Source of the DNA: Chloroflexota bacterium
Lineage (GTDB): Bacteria > Chloroflexota > UBA11872
Assembly (NCBI GenBank): GCA_965198185.1
Contig: CBDAOU010000001.1
Location: forward strand, 925,385 to 989,384
DNA length: 64,000 nt
Direction: 5' to 3'
A program made the translations under genes and the position numbers. Each line of letters starts with the position of its first letter. Positions within the stretch are counted from its first letter, which is position 1. The notes beneath the pieces are model-generated. The model did not search any database. It saw only the letters and a program-made list of their open reading frames with translations, and was not told the origin of the DNA. Below are positions 1 to 11,626 of this stretch, one piece after another.

Positions 1-158
1 CTACCGACGGCGAATCACTGGACCGATAGCGCCAGTGTCGTGGCTTATGTAGTATTCGCTACGAAACGGCACGCACGCTCCGCTTGGCTGGGAACTGGCA
101 AGCTCTTTCGTGGCCGCTGCGCCGTTGACATCACAGCTAAACCTGGAGGCAGGCGCCA

Positions 159-1034
159 ATGCTAACTTCCGCCGCCCGAATCTTTGTTCCCTCCGGTCGG
201 CGGCCTCGGATGCGCCGGCACATTGCCCGCGGTGGCGTGCTGCTGCTCGTCATGGGCTGTTTGGCCCTTGCCACTTTCGCCTGCGGCGACTCCGAATCCG
301 AGGCTACGCCTACCCAAGCGGCTGCGCCTGCCGAAGCGGCCGCGCCTACCCCGGCCCCCACTCCAACCCCTGCTCCGACCCCCACGCCCACGCCAACCCC
401 CGCCCCCACGCCGACGCCCACGCCGGTCCCCCTCACCGAGGCCGACGTGCTTCAGCGCGCAGGGGCCGTGATGAGCGGCCTCAAGACGTTCGATTTCGCT
501 CTGACGCATGAGGTGGGCAGCAGCGAGTTCCTGCCCGGACTGGCGGTCGAGGAGGTGAAGGGCCAGCTGGAGATTCCCGACAAGCTGAGCGTCGAATTCT
601 CCGGCCTGTTCGGCGACATCCCCATCCAGGTCAAGCTCATCAAGATCGGTGACTTGCACTACATCACCAACCCGCTCACGGGAGTGTGGGAAGAGGTCCC
701 GGCAGCGAACTCTCCCGTCGCCTTTTTCAGGCCCGAGGAGGGGATAGCCGCGGTGATGTCGTCGATCTCGGCCACCTTCGACGGCCCCGAGGGAGATGTT
801 TTCAGTCTCTCGGGGACTCTGCCCGCCAGCGCCTTCGCGGCGCTGATCGGCGACACGCTGGCGGACTCCGTCGTTGACGTGAACCTCGAGATTCAAGCCG
901 ACAGCTTCCAACTGACCAAGATACGGTTCGCCGGACAAGTCAGCCCCCTCGACGACCCGAGCGTCGTGCGGGTGATCGAGCTGTCGCGGTTCGGCGAATC
1001 CGTCACGATCGAGGCCCCCGACACCGCGCCCTAA
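159..1034 (+). CDS. LppX/LprAFG-family (LprG-like) lipoprotein with Pro/Thr linker
   Basis: Hydrophobic signal with lipobox (LATFA-C), PT-repeat linker, then LprAFG-like domain ending ELSRFGESVTIEAP; GGAGG upstream of ATG 159 (alternative ATG at 210). Confidence 0.8.
   Translation: MLTSAARIFVPSGRRPRMRRHIARGGVLLLVMGCLALATFACGDSESEATPTQAAAPAEAAAPTPAPTPTPAPTPTPTPTPAPTPTPTPVPLTEADVLQRAGAVMSGLKTFDFALTHEVGSSEFLPGLAVEEVKGQLEIPDKLSVEFSGLFGDIPIQVKLIKIGDLHYITNPLTGVWEEVPAANSPVAFFRPEEGIAAVMSSISATFDGPEGDVFSLSGTLPASAFAALIGDTLADSVVDVNLEIQADSFQLTKIRFAGQVSPLDDPSVVRVIELSRFGESVTIEAPDTAP
343..426 (+). repeat. Low-complexity (Pro-Thr/Pro-Ala)n coding repeat
   Basis: APTPAPTPTPAPTPTPTPTPAPTPTPTP within the lipoprotein ORF. 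Confidence 0.9.
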
Positions 1035-1129
1035 GGAGCCCGTGGTCCACGGAGCACGGCCCCGGGGGAAGGCCATGAGCGCGTGCCTAGCCGGCCTTCG
1101 AAGGCTGTGGCAGCCGGCGAGGCCCTAGC

Positions 1130-2646
1130 GTGTTCCGCGTCTCCCCATACATCGCGCTCATCCCCGTTTGCTTAGGGGTATTCGTCGCCGCCGATGACCA
1201 GACGGTGATGGTCACGGTGCTGCCGGACATCATGTTCGATTTCCGCATCCCGCCAATCGAACTCGACTACGCGTCCTGGACCATCACCGCCTACCTCCTG
1301 GGCTATGTGGCCGCCATGCCGCTGATCGGCAGCATGTCGGACGCGTTTGGCCATCGCCGCATGTTCGCCATCGCCACGGTGTTTTTCATGCTGTGCTCGG
1401 TTGTGGCCGCCCTTTCGCCCAGCCTGCCGTTCCTCATCGGCATCAGGGTCTTCCAGGCCGTGGGCGCCGGCGCGATGCTGCCGATAGCCATTGCCGTGGT
1501 CGGCGATCTATTCCCCCGGGGTGGCCGAGGTCTCGCGCTGGGCATCGTGGGCGGCTCAGCGGAGGCCGGGGGCGTCATCGGCCCGCTCTGGGGCGGCCTG
1601 GTCGCCCGCTTCCTTGATTGGCCCTGGGTGTTCTGGATGAACATACCGCTGGGCCTGATCGTCCTGATCGCCCTGTTCCTGCTGCTGGGCCCGAGCCCGA
1701 GATTCAAGTCCTCGTTGGACTACGTGGGCGGGTTCTTCATCGCCGTGGCCCTGGCTTCCCTCACGCTCGGGCTCTCACGCATCGATCGGCTGGACCTGGG
1801 CATGGTTGGGTTCCTAGCCCTCGCAGGCGCAGCCTTGATCGCCTTTATCTACCGCCAGCGGACGGCCGCGGTCCCCTGCTTCCCAACTCGATGTTCCGCA
1901 GCCGCACGGTCGTCATGGCCAACGTCGCCCACTTGATGGTCGGCGTGGCGCTGATCATCGGCATGGTGACCATTCCCATCATGACCACCTATTTGATAGG
2001 CCACTCGCCGCTCGAAGGCGGACTGAGGCTCATGCGCATGACCGTGGCGATGCCCTTCGGCGCCGTGATCGGCGGGCTCGCCTGCCAGCGCATCGACTAC
2101 CGCATCCCGAGCGTGCTCGGCCTGATCCTCGTGGCCATTGGCTACGGCTTCATGACCACCTGGGACCTCAGCGTGGGAGACCCCCAGCTCACGATCCACC
2201 TCGGACTTGCGGGCCTCGGTTTCGGCCTGCTGATCGCACCCATAGCCCTGGGCGCCACCGAGCCCGTTGGCCAAGGCGACCGAGGCGCCGCGGCAGGCGC
2301 GGTCACGGCGATGCGGCTGGTGGGCATGACGCTCGGCCTCGCGACGATCACGGCCTGGGGATCGCAGCGATTCTCGCTGCTCGTGGCGGGCCTCCCCATG
2401 CCCGTTCCGCAGGAAGGCGAGGCAATCGAGGTTTCGCGGCAGCGGGTTGCCGAATTCCAAGACACCGTCACCAACATCGGCATGGACGTATTCGTCACGT
2501 TCTTCATGGTCGCGGCCGTCGTCAGCGCCGTTGCCATCCTCCCCGCCATCCTGATGACCTGGAATCGCACCCGCAGCCGCGACGTCGAAGACCCGATCTC
2601 GGACGACATGGAGCCGGAGGTTCCCCGACACCCCCAGACCGCGTGA
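1130..2646 (+). CDS. DHA2 MFS transporter, Rv1410c/P55-like; one frameshift near 1873-1876
   Basis: ORFs 1130-1936 and 1618-2646 join at gtcccctg (one C missing); motifs YLLGYVAAMPL, SDAFGHRR, WPWVFWMNIPLG. Confidence 0.85.
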
Positions 2647-4794
2647 CTGACGATGCGCGGCGCGCCATCGAGTTGCTCCGAATCGCGATGCGACCGGTGG
2701 GAGATGGCGGGACCGTGACCTTCGATCCGCAGCGCGCCCTGGACTTGCTCCGGCTGGGTGCACAGCAGCCGCGCGCTCGTTTTCGGGAGGGTCAGGAAGA
2801 GGCCGTCCGGCATGTCGTTGATGGCCGCGGGCCTCTCCTGCTGGTGCAGAGGACCGGCTGGGGCAAGAGCAACGTCTACTTCATCGCCGTCAAGTTGCTG
2901 CGCGAGGCGGGACATGGACCGGCGCTCCTCATTTCGCCGTTGCTGGCGCTGATGCGCAACCAGATCGAGGCGGCCGAGCGCATGGGTGTCCGCGCCGCCA
3001 CGATCAACTCCGACAACAAAGATGAGTGGAACGTCGTCGAGGCGCAGGTCCGGCGAGACGCGGTCGACGTGCTGCTCATCTCACCCGAGCGGTTGGCCAA
3101 TGAGCAGTTCAACGACCAAGTGCTCAGCCAATTGTCGGATCGGATCTCCTTGCTGGTCATCGACGAGGCGCACTGCATCTCGGATTGGGGGCACGATTTC
3201 CGCCCGGACTACCGGCGCGTTGAGCGGATCATAGGAACGCTTCCGCCAAATCTGCGGCTGCTGGCAACGACGGCCACGGCCAACGATCGGGTGCTGGAGG
3301 ATCTGCGGGAGGCTCGCAACGCTCGGTCCCCGCCTCACGGTGCAGCGGGGCGACCTGAGCCGGCCCTCGCTGCTGCTTCAGACCTTGCGATTGCCCAACC
3401 AGGCCCGGCGCCTGGCCTGGCTGGCCGAGCGGCTGGGTGAGGTGCGCGGCAGCGGGATCATCTACACGCTCACGGTGCGGGACGCGGAGAAACTGGCCGC
3501 TTGGCTGCAATTGCGCGGGTACGCGGTGGAGGCGTATACGGGACAGACCGGAGATCGCCGGCCGGAGTTGGAGCAGGCGCTGCTCGAAAATCGGATCAAG
3601 GCACTGGCGGCGACCACGGCACTTGGTATGGGATTCGACAAGCCTGACTTGGCCTTCGTCTTTCACTACCAGGCGCCGGGATCGGTGATTCACTACTACC
3701 AGCAGGTGGGCCGCGCCGGCCGGGCGCTGGACGCGGCCCACGGCGTGCTGCTGAGCGGTGACGAAGATACGGACATCACCGGCTACTTCGTTCGCACGGC
3801 GTTTCCGACGCGAGGCGAGGTTGCGGAGGTGCTGGAGGCGCTGACTGAAGCGCCCGACGGCCTCTCGGTCCAGGAGCTAACCCACCATGTCAACATCAGC
3901 CCGGGTCGCATCAGGAACGCGCTCACATTGCTTTCGCTCGAATCACCCGCTCCGATCGCTCTCGACGGCCGGCGCTGGCAGCTCGTTGCGGCCGGATTGC
4001 ATGAGGCGTTCTGGGAACGCGTCGAACGGCTGACGGCCCTGCGATATGGGGAACAGGCGCAGATGCAGGAGTACGTGGATCTGCCGGCGGGACATATGGA
4101 GTTTCTGGTCGATGCGCTAGACGGTGACTCAAGCGCCGTTGTCCCGCCTCGGATCGAGCCGCTCTCGGCGTCGGCCGATCCCAGACTGGTACGGGAAGCG
4201 GTCACCTTCCTCCGCCGCGCGAATCTCCCGATTGAGCCGCGCAAGCGCTGGCCAGCCGGCGGCCGGCCTGACTTGCAGCGAAGTCTGATAGTCCCCGAGG
4301 ACCTACAGGCGGCCCCCGGCAGGGCGCTCTGCCGTTGGGGGGATGCTGGCTGGGGGGACTTTGTTGGGCGTGGAAAATACCAGGACCAGCGCTTCGCGGA
4401 TGAACTGGTCGATGCTGGCGCGAAGCTGGTTCGCGAGTGGAAGCCTGTGCCGGCGCCTATGTGGGTTACCGCCATTCCCTCGCGGCGCCGCCCTACCCTT
4501 GTGCCAGACTTTGCGGCGCGGTTGGCTCGGGTGCTGGGCCTCCCGATTCGCATGGCGCTGGAGCGAACGCAGGATCATGAGGAACAGAAAGAGATGGAGA
4601 ACAGCGCCTACCAAGCTCGCAATGTCTGGGAGTCGTTGGTCGTGAGCGGTACGCCACCGGCCGGCCCGGTTCTCCTGGTTGACGATATCGTGGACTCCGG
4701 CTGGACCATGACCGTGGCGGCGTACAAGCTCCGCTCGAGCGGGAGCGGCGAGGTCTTCCCGTTAGCGCTCAGCCTCGCGGGCGGCGGCGCGTGA
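2643..4794 (+). CDS. RecQ-like helicase with C-terminal phosphoribosyltransferase domain (PsyrT/RqlH type); frameshift near 3311-3317
   Basis: Walker [46 protein letters not shown]-terminal PRT motif [12 protein letters not shown]; two ORFs joined by a frameshift. Confidence 0.88.
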
Positions 4795-5795
4795 TCGCCG
4801 AAGTCTCGGCCAATACCCAGGCCATTCTCCTGTTGACGGCGCCCCTGATGGTCGGTCGGCGGACGCCGCCGGCCGAGGTATTGCAGCCGCGCGAGTACAA
4901 CAAGCTCGCCAAATTCCTCCACGAGAACAGCCGGGAGCCAGCCGACTTGCTGAGCCCCGAGGCTTCCCAGCTACTGAACGATGACTGCGTGCGCGCCGAT
5001 ATCGACTCGGCCAGGCTCAGCCGGCTCCTCGCCAGGGGTTTCTTGCTCAGCCAGGCAGTCGAGAATTGGCAGCAACGGGCGATCTGGGTGCTGAGCCGCG
5101 CCGACGACCAGTACCCCCAACGGTTGAAGGCGCGACTGGGAGCGCATGCGCCGGCGATCATCTACGGCTGCGGCGACCCGGGCATTCTGGATACAGGCGG
5201 CTTCGCCGTCGTCGGCTCTCGCCACGTCGACGACAAACTGCGGGACTACGCATTTGGGATTGGTGCGCTGGCTGCCGGTGCTGAATCAACGCTGATTTCC
5301 GGCGGGGCGCGCGGCATCGACCAGGCGGCCATGCGTGGCGCGATTGACGGCGGGGGGCAGGTCACCGGGATGTTGAGCCATGATCTCCAGCGGACGGCGC
5401 TCCAGCGGGAGCACCGCGATTTGCTCATGGACGGGCGGCTGGTGCTGGTCTCGCCATACGACCCCGCCGCTGGCTTCAACGTCGGCAACGCCATGGGACG
5501 CAACAAGCTCATCTACGCGTTGGCCGACGCAGCGCTTGTCGTGAGTTCCGACCATGGGAAGGGCGGCACCTGGGCGGGCGCTGTCGAGCAGCTTGAGCGA
5601 CTCAAGCTCGTGCCTGTCTATGTGCGTCCGGACCCGGCTGAGGGGCTGCAGGCGCTCATCCCTAAGGGCGCGCGCGTTTGGCCGGAGCCCCAAGCGCCGG
5701 AAGACTTTTGGGTGGCGCTGGCCGATAGCCACAACCGGGCGGAGACTGCATCCGGTCAACTCGAGTTCCCGCTTGAAGTCGGCAGCGACCGCTAA
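4791..5795 (+). CDS. DprA/Smf-like DNA-processing protein (PsyrA/RqlI type)
   Basis: [40 protein letters not shown]; GTGA overlap with the helicase stop. Confidence 0.88.
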   Translation: MIAEVSANTQAILLLTAPLMVGRRTPPAEVLQPREYNKLAKFLHENSREPADLLSPEASQLLNDDCVRADIDSARLSRLLARGFLLSQAVENWQQRAIWVLSRADDQYPQRLKARLGAHAPAIIYGCGDPGILDTGGFAVVGSRHVDDKLRDYAFGIGALAAGAESTLISGGARGIDQAAMRGAIDGGGQVTGMLSHDLQRTALQREHRDLLMDGRLVLVSPYDPAAGFNVGNAMGRNKLIYALADAALVVSSDHGKGGTWAGAVEQLERLKLVPVYVRPDPAEGLQALIPKGARVWPEPQAPEDFWVALADSHNRAETASGQLEFPLEVGSDR

Positions 5796-5908
5796 GAGCC
5801 TCGCTTCCGCTCGCCCATAGCCGACGGCGTGTAGCGACGGCCACCGAGGCGGCAGTGCCTTACGCTGGCGGGCCAGGCGGGCAGACGGGGTAAACGAGAG
5901 AGAGGGTC

Positions 5909-7083
5909 ATGGCGGCTGGACGGCGCTTAGGATTGCTGGTGGTGGCGGCGCTGGCCGCTGCCGTGGGCGGCGTGGCGCTGGCGGGGCGCGGTCGGCGGAC
6001 CACGCTGGTCAACTGGTCGCTGACGCGGCGCCTGGCGCTGCGGCTGGCCGACGCGCAGGGCGAGCCGGCATCGTCGGCGGAGCTCACCGCCGCCTACACG
6101 GACCTGGTCGCACGCAGCTATGTCGCGGTGAGCGACTACACCCAGGCGCCCATTCCGCCAACCATGGACTCCGTGCAGGTGCTGCGGCGCGGCGACTGGA
6201 TCAGCGCCAATCTGGCCAACTTCCGGCGCATCCTGCGGCCGGTCATCGAGGCCTACGACCAAGCCCAGACCGGCGGCGTGGGCGCGCGGGCGTTGGGCGC
6301 CGCCACGCAATACGGCGTCTCCACCCAGCTCGGAGTCCTGCTGGGGTTCCTGGGCCGTCGGGTCTTGGGCCAATACGACATTCCGCTGCTCGACCCCGAG
6401 CCCGGCCCCGCCGCGATCTATTTCGTGGACTCAAATCTGCGCGCCGTGGCGGCCCGCGCCGGGGTTCCGGTCGACGACCTGCGCCTATGGGTCACGCTGC
6501 ACGAGGTCACGCACGCCTTCCAGTTCCATGCCGGGAACCCGGCCTGGCTGCACGGATATATGTCCGGCCTGCTCCAGGACTATCTGGAAGACGCCGTGGC
6601 GACGCTTGGGCAGCAGGGCGAGTTGCGGGCGCGGCTGAGCGCGGCGGTACGGGAAATCCAGCGCGGCGGGCTGCGCCAATCGGGCTGGCTGCGCCTGGCG
6701 CTGTCGCCGCGGCAGGTGCGCACCATTGAGCAGATTCAGGCCCTGATGACCGTCGTGGAGGGCTACGGCAATCACGTCATGCACGCCACCGGCGCCCGCA
6801 TGATTCCGGGCTACGCGCACCTGGCCCGGCGCATGCGGGCCCGCGAACGCTCGCAGGCCACCTGGGTGCGGCTGCTCACGCGGGCGCTCGGGCTCGACAT
6901 GAAGCTGGAGCAATACCGCATCGGCGAGGCGTTCGTGGACGAGGTGGTCAGCCGCCGCGGCATGGCTTCGCCAACCGGCTGTGGGAAGGGCCGGCGCTCC
7001 TCCCGACGCTGGCCGAGACGCAGGACCCGGCCGCCTGGATGGCTCGCGTGGAAGCGGCTAGCCCGACAGACGCGACCGCGTAA
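5909..7083 (+). CDS. Zinc-dependent metalloprotease (Zincin_2 family); frameshift near 6963
   Basis: LHEVTHAFQF (HExxH), MTVVEGYGNHVM, KLEQYRIGEAFV; shifted frame continues FANRLWEGPALLPTLAETQDPAAWMARV to TAA 7081-7083. Confidence 0.8.
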
Positions 7084-7109
7084 CCGGCGGACACCGCCGC
7101 TGGACACCT

Positions 7110-7138
7110 TTGGCGGGCGACGTTCCGGCCGGTAGACT
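7110..7138 (+). promoter_or_regulatory. Putative sigma70-type promoter of sir
   Basis: TTGGCG-N17-TAGACT upstream of the GGAGG/ATG at 7233. Confidence 0.4.
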
Positions 7139-7232
7139 TCCCGCACCCGGTCAATCAACCATCCCGGGTCGGCCCAATCTGGCAAAATCTGCCAAACAGC
7201 AGCGGCCGATGGCGCGCCTGGAGGCTTGTGCA

Positions 7233-9017
7233 ATGGCAGTCACGCATTCGATCGACACGCCTGGGCGCGTCATTCCCATCCGCGAGGAAGAATTCGAGGA
7301 CTTCGACACCGAGTCGACGGCCTACCTGCGCCAGCAGCGTGATCCGGACTTGTTCACCGGCTTTCGGTTGAAGCAGGGGGTCTACGGACAGCGTCAGGCG
7401 GACGTCCAGATGATCCGCGTCAAGCTGCCGTTTGGCGGGGTCTCCTCCGACCAGCTCGACGCCTTTGCCGAAGTGGCGGAGCGGTTCGCCCCGCTGAAGA
7501 GAGGCCACATCACCACGCGGGAAAACATCCAGTATCACCACGTGCCGCTGCCGTTGGCGGCCATGGCGATTCGCGTGCTGGGCGACGCCGGCCTGTCGAG
7601 CCGCGAGGCCTGCGGCAACACCGTGCGCAACGTGACCGGCGACCCGTGGGGCGGCATCTGCAACGACGAGGACTTCGACGCCACGCCCTACGCCGGCGCC
7701 TTCGTGCGCTACTTCGTGCGGCACCCGCTGACGCAGCTCCTGCCGCGAAAATTCAAGGTGGCCTTCACCGGGTCCGAGACCGACCGCGTCGTCACCGACA
7801 TTCACGACCTGGGCTTCATTTCGCAGATCCGGCACGAAAACGGCCAGGAGGTGCGCGGCTTTCGGATGGTGACCGGGGGCGGGCTTTCGATCATGGCCAA
7901 GCGCGCGTTCGTGCTGTACGACTTCGTGCCGCTGACGGAATACCTGCGCATCTCGGAAGCCGTGCTGCGCATCTTCGAGCGCTCCGATGACCTGCGCCGC
8001 AACCGCGCCAAGGCCCGCATCAAGTTCCTGGTCCATCGCGTGGGCATCGAAGCCTTCCGGGAGATGGTCGAGGAGGAACTGAAGGGCGAGTGGGCGAATC
8101 GCACGTATCCGCTCGACGATCTGGTGTACCTGGACGACGAGGCCGCCGTCGCGCCGGCGCTGACGGGCGACGCGCCGACCATTGCCGAGGCCGACCGCGA
8201 CATGTTCGAGCGCTTCATGCGCTCAAACGTGCAGTCGCAGTGCCAGGAGGGCTACGCCGCCGTCGAGGTCAAGGTCACCCGCGGCGATCTGTCGCCGGAG
8301 CAGTTCCGCGGCCTGGCGACCCTGCTGCGTACCTACGGGTCCGGGCGCGCGCGGACAACGCCGTGGCAGAACATCGTGCTGCGCTGGATTCCGCAGAACC
8401 GCGTGTACGACGTGTGGCGCGAGCTCTACGCGCTGGACCTAGGCAACCCCGGCGCGCTCGAGATCACCGACGTCGTGAGCTGCCCCGGCACCGACAGCTG
8501 CAAGCTGGGCATCACCTCGTCAATGGGCCTCAGCCGCGCCGTGCAGGGCAAGATCGAGGAGATGAACATCCAGGACCCGCTCACGCGCCAGATTCTGGTC
8601 AACATGAGCGGCTGCCCCAACTCCTGCGGCATGCACCACGTGGGCAACATCGGCTTCCACGGCGCGGCGATCAAGAGCGGCGGCCGGCAGGTGCCCGCCT
8701 ATCACGTCTTCGTCGGGGGCAACCGGCGCGCCGGCGAGCCCATGAAACTCGGCACGCTGTTGCGCACGCGGCTCCCGGCCAAGCGCGTCCCGCTGGCCGT
8801 GGAGCGCTTGATCCTGGACTACGAAGACAACCGCGAGGAGGACGACGAGCCGTTCAACGACTACGTCGACCGCCTGGGCAAGCTGTACTTCAACGCGCTG
8901 CTCAAGGACCTTTCGCTGCCGCCCGAGTTCACCGACGAGAACCGGGAGCACTTCGTGGACTGGGACCGCGACCGCCTCTACGTGCTGGAACGCGGCGAAG
9001 GCGAGTGCGCCGTCTAG
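7233..9017 (+). CDS. sir: Siroheme [4Fe-4S] sulfite/nitrite reductase, ferredoxin-type (context indicates sulfite)
   Basis: HITTRENIQ, ACGNTVRNV, LPRKFK, SCPGTDSC and SGCPNSCG cluster ligands; next to cysH/cysC/sat. Confidence 0.85.
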   Translation: MAVTHSIDTPGRVIPIREEEFEDFDTESTAYLRQQRDPDLFTGFRLKQGVYGQRQADVQMIRVKLPFGGVSSDQLDAFAEVAERFAPLKRGHITTRENIQYHHVPLPLAAMAIRVLGDAGLSSREACGNTVRNVTGDPWGGICNDEDFDATPYAGAFVRYFVRHPLTQLLPRKFKVAFTGSETDRVVTDIHDLGFISQIRHENGQEVRGFRMVTGGGLSIMAKRAFVLYDFVPLTEYLRISEAVLRIFERSDDLRRNRAKARIKFLVHRVGIEAFREMVEEELKGEWANRTYPLDDLVYLDDEAAVAPALTGDAPTIAEADRDMFERFMRSNVQSQCQEGYAAVEVKVTRGDLSPEQFRGLATLLRTYGSGRARTTPWQNIVLRWIPQNRVYDVWRELYALDLGNPGALEITDVVSCPGTDSCKLGITSSMGLSRAVQGKIEEMNIQDPLTRQILVNMSGCPNSCGMHHVGNIGFHGAAIKSGGRQVPAYHVFVGGNRRAGEPMKLGTLLRTRLPAKRVPLAVERLILDYEDNREEDDEPFNDYVDRLGKLYFNALLKDLSLPPEFTDENREHFVDWDRDRLYVLERGEGECAV

Positions 9018-9097
9018 GACGGCCCCCCGCCCCTAGTTCAGACAAGATCTGGGGTCGGTTCGGAGTGACGCTCTGGTACGGTGCGGGCGATAGATTC

Positions 9098-9114
9098 TTG
9101 ATAAAGCCGATCAA
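9098..9114. promoter_or_regulatory. AT-rich inverted repeat, candidate operator upstream of cysH
   Basis: TTGAT-aaagccg-ATCAA in an otherwise GC-rich intergenic region. Confidence 0.35.
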
Positions 9115-9155
9115 CTTTGTACACTTGCCCGCCCGTGGAGATCGAGACCCGAGTT

Positions 9156-9911
9156 ATGGCGGTGGCCACCCGCGCCGTGGCAGAAGTCGTCCTGCCGGAC
9201 GCACAGCCGACGGTCGAGCCCGGCGAAATCGAGGCTGCGGCGCTGCGTCTTGAGACGGCGGCGCCCGAGGACATCCTTCGCTGGACGGTCGAGCGATTCG
9301 GTCCCGACGTGGCGGTCTCGTGCTCGTTCGGCGGGCCGAGCGGGATCGTGCTGGTGGACATGCTCGCTCGCCTGGCGCTGCTCGACCAGGTCGACGTGTA
9401 CGTCGTCGATACGGGGCTGCTCTTCGACGAGACCCACGCGCTGCGCGCCGAGGTCGAGCGCCGCTACGGCTTCACCGCCACGGTCTTCGCGCCGGCCCTG
9501 AGCCTGGAGGAGCAAGCGGCGGCCTACGGCGACGCCCTGTGGACGCGCGACCCCAACGCCTGCTGCGGCATGCGCCGCGTGGCGCCCAATCGAGAGGCGC
9601 TCAGCAGGCGGAGCGCCTGGGTCGCCGGACTGCGGCGCGATCAGTCGCCCACTCGGGCGAACACGCCGGTGGTGGCCTGGAACGACCGTCACAATCTCGT
9701 CAAGGTCGCGCCGCTGGCGACCTGGACCGAAGCCATGGTGTGGGACTACGTCCGCCGCTACGACATACCCGTCAACGCCCTGCACGCCCAGGGCTACCCC
9801 AGCCTCGGCTGCACCGTATGCACCACCCCGGCCCGCGATGGCGAGGACCTGCGAGCCGGACGCTGGCGCGGTGCCGACAAGACCGAGTGCGGTCTGCACT
9901 GGCAGATCTGA
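9156..9911 (+). CDS. cysH: APS/PAPS reductase, [4Fe-4S] APS-reductase type
   Basis: SFGG, DTG, CCGMRR, GLRRDQS, GYPSLGCTVC, C-terminal ECGLH. Confidence 0.93.
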   Translation: MAVATRAVAEVVLPDAQPTVEPGEIEAAALRLETAAPEDILRWTVERFGPDVAVSCSFGGPSGIVLVDMLARLALLDQVDVYVVDTGLLFDETHALRAEVERRYGFTATVFAPALSLEEQAAAYGDALWTRDPNACCGMRRVAPNREALSRRSAWVAGLRRDQSPTRANTPVVAWNDRHNLVKVAPLATWTEAMVWDYVRRYDIPVNALHAQGYPSLGCTVCTTPARDGEDLRAGRWRGADKTECGLHWQI

Positions 9912-9959
9912 CGCACCGCCGCCGCGACACGCCGCCAACATGAAAGGACCCAACACCCC

Positions 9960-10535
9960 ATGAATCATGACGGGGTCACCATTTGGTTCACCGGCCTCTC
10001 GGGCGCCGGCAAGACCACCCTGGCCAACCTGCTGGCGCCGGAGCTAGAAGCCCGCGGGCATAGCGTCGAGAAGCTCGACGGCGACGTGATTCGCACCCAC
10101 CTGAGCAAGGGGCTGGGATTCTCCAAGGAGGATCGCGACACCAACATCCGGCGCATCGGTTGGGTGTCGGCCATGGGGACTCGACTGGGCGGCACCATGA
10201 TCGTCTCGGCCATCTCGCCGTACCGCGACGTGCGCCGCGAGGTTCGCGCCATGACACCCGCGTTCTTCGAGGTCTACGTCCAATGCCCGCTCGATGAGCT
10301 GGTGCGGCGCGATCCCAAGGGCCTCTACCGGAAGGCGTTGGCGGGCGAGATTGACAACTTCACCGGCGTCTCGGATCCCTACGAGGAGCCGGAGCATCCG
10401 GAGGTGGCGGTGAACACCGCCGCCGAAACGCCGCAGGCGTCATTGGAGAAGATTCTTGCCGCGCTGGAGCGGCACGGATACCTCGCCGGCAGCCTTGAGC
10501 CGCTGGTGCCCGCAGCCGCCGGGGCCGTCCGATGA
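9960..10535 (+). CDS. cysC: Adenylyl-sulfate kinase
   Basis: [37 protein letters not shown]. Confidence 0.95.
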   Translation: MNHDGVTIWFTGLSGAGKTTLANLLAPELEARGHSVEKLDGDVIRTHLSKGLGFSKEDRDTNIRRIGWVSAMGTRLGGTMIVSAISPYRDVRREVRAMTPAFFEVYVQCPLDELVRRDPKGLYRKALAGEIDNFTGVSDPYEEPEHPEVAVNTAAETPQASLEKILAALERHGYLAGSLEPLVPAAAGAVR

Positions 10536-11617
10536 ACGCGGTTGCCGCACCCCCGGCCTTGCGCCTGGGTGAACGTCAACTGGGCGACGTCGAGATGCTG
10601 CGGGTTGGTGGCTACGCCCCGCTAACCGGCTTCATGACGCGCGCCGACTACACGCGCGTGGTCGAGGAGATGCACTTAGCCGACGGCGCCCCGTGGTCCA
10701 TGCCGATCACCTTGGCGGTCGATGACCAAACGGCGGCGACCGTTGCCGAAGGCGACGACCTGGCGCTGCTCGACCAGTCCGACCGCGTGGTGGGGCATCT
10801 CGAAGTGCGCGAGAAGTTTGGCTACGACAAACGGCGCGAGGCCCAGCAGGTCTACCGCACCACGGACGAGGCCCACCCCGGCGTCGCGGCGCTATGCGCG
10901 CAAGGCGACGTCTTGCTGGGCGGTCCGGTGCACCATGCCGCCGCTGGTCCCGCGGGTCCGTTTCCCGACTACCGGCTGACGCCGGCCCAGCTGAAGACCG
11001 AGTTCGCCGCGCGCGGCTGGCGCTCCGTCGTCGGGTTTCAAACGCGCAATCCGGTCCACCGCGCGCACGAATACATCCAGAAGGCGGCGCTGGAAACCGT
11101 GGACGGGCTTCTGCTCCACCCGCTCGTCGGCGAAACCAAGGGCGACGACGTGCCGGCGGACGTCCGCATGCGCTGCTATCACGTGCTACTCGAGAAGTAC
11201 TACCCTCGCGATCGCACCATCCTGGCCGTGCTGCCGGCGGCAATGCGCTATGCCGGCCCGCGCGAGGCGGTCTTCCACGCGCTCATGCGCCGCAACTACG
11301 GCTGCACCCACTTCATCGTGGGCCGCGACCACGCCGGCGTCGGCAACTACTACGGCAGCTACGATGCCCAACACATCTTCGCGGAATTCGGCCCCGATGA
11401 GCTTGGCATCACGCCGCTGTTCTTCGAGCATGCTTTCTGGTGCCGCGCGTGCAACGGCATGGCCACCACCAAAACATGTCCCCACGAGCCATCCACACGC
11501 ACGTTCCTCAGCGGCACCGCCGTTCGGGACCTGCTGCGAGCGAATCAGGCGTTGCCGGTGGAGTTCACTCGCCCCGAGGTGGCGCGTGAACTCGTGGCGG
11601 CCTACCAGCGCGACTAG
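10532..11617 (+). CDS. sat: Sulfate adenylyltransferase
   Basis: [37 protein letters not shown]. Confidence 0.95.
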   Translation: MNAVAAPPALRLGERQLGDVEMLRVGGYAPLTGFMTRADYTRVVEEMHLADGAPWSMPITLAVDDQTAATVAEGDDLALLDQSDRVVGHLEVREKFGYDKRREAQQVYRTTDEAHPGVAALCAQGDVLLGGPVHHAAAGPAGPFPDYRLTPAQLKTEFAARGWRSVVGFQTRNPVHRAHEYIQKAALETVDGLLLHPLVGETKGDDVPADVRMRCYHVLLEKYYPRDRTILAVLPAAMRYAGPREAVFHALMRRNYGCTHFIVGRDHAGVGNYYGSYDAQHIFAEFGPDELGITPLFFEHAFWCRACNGMATTKTCPHEPSTRTFLSGTAVRDLLRANQALPVEFTRPEVARELVAAYQRD

Positions 11618-11626
11618 CGGGACGCC

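Noticed and set aside
7179-7193. TGGCA-N5-TGCCA inverted repeat in the sir leader
   Set aside because: Short and single-copy; chance occurrence cannot be excluded
9098-9114. FNR box
   Set aside because: Half-sites match but the spacer is 7 nt rather than 4
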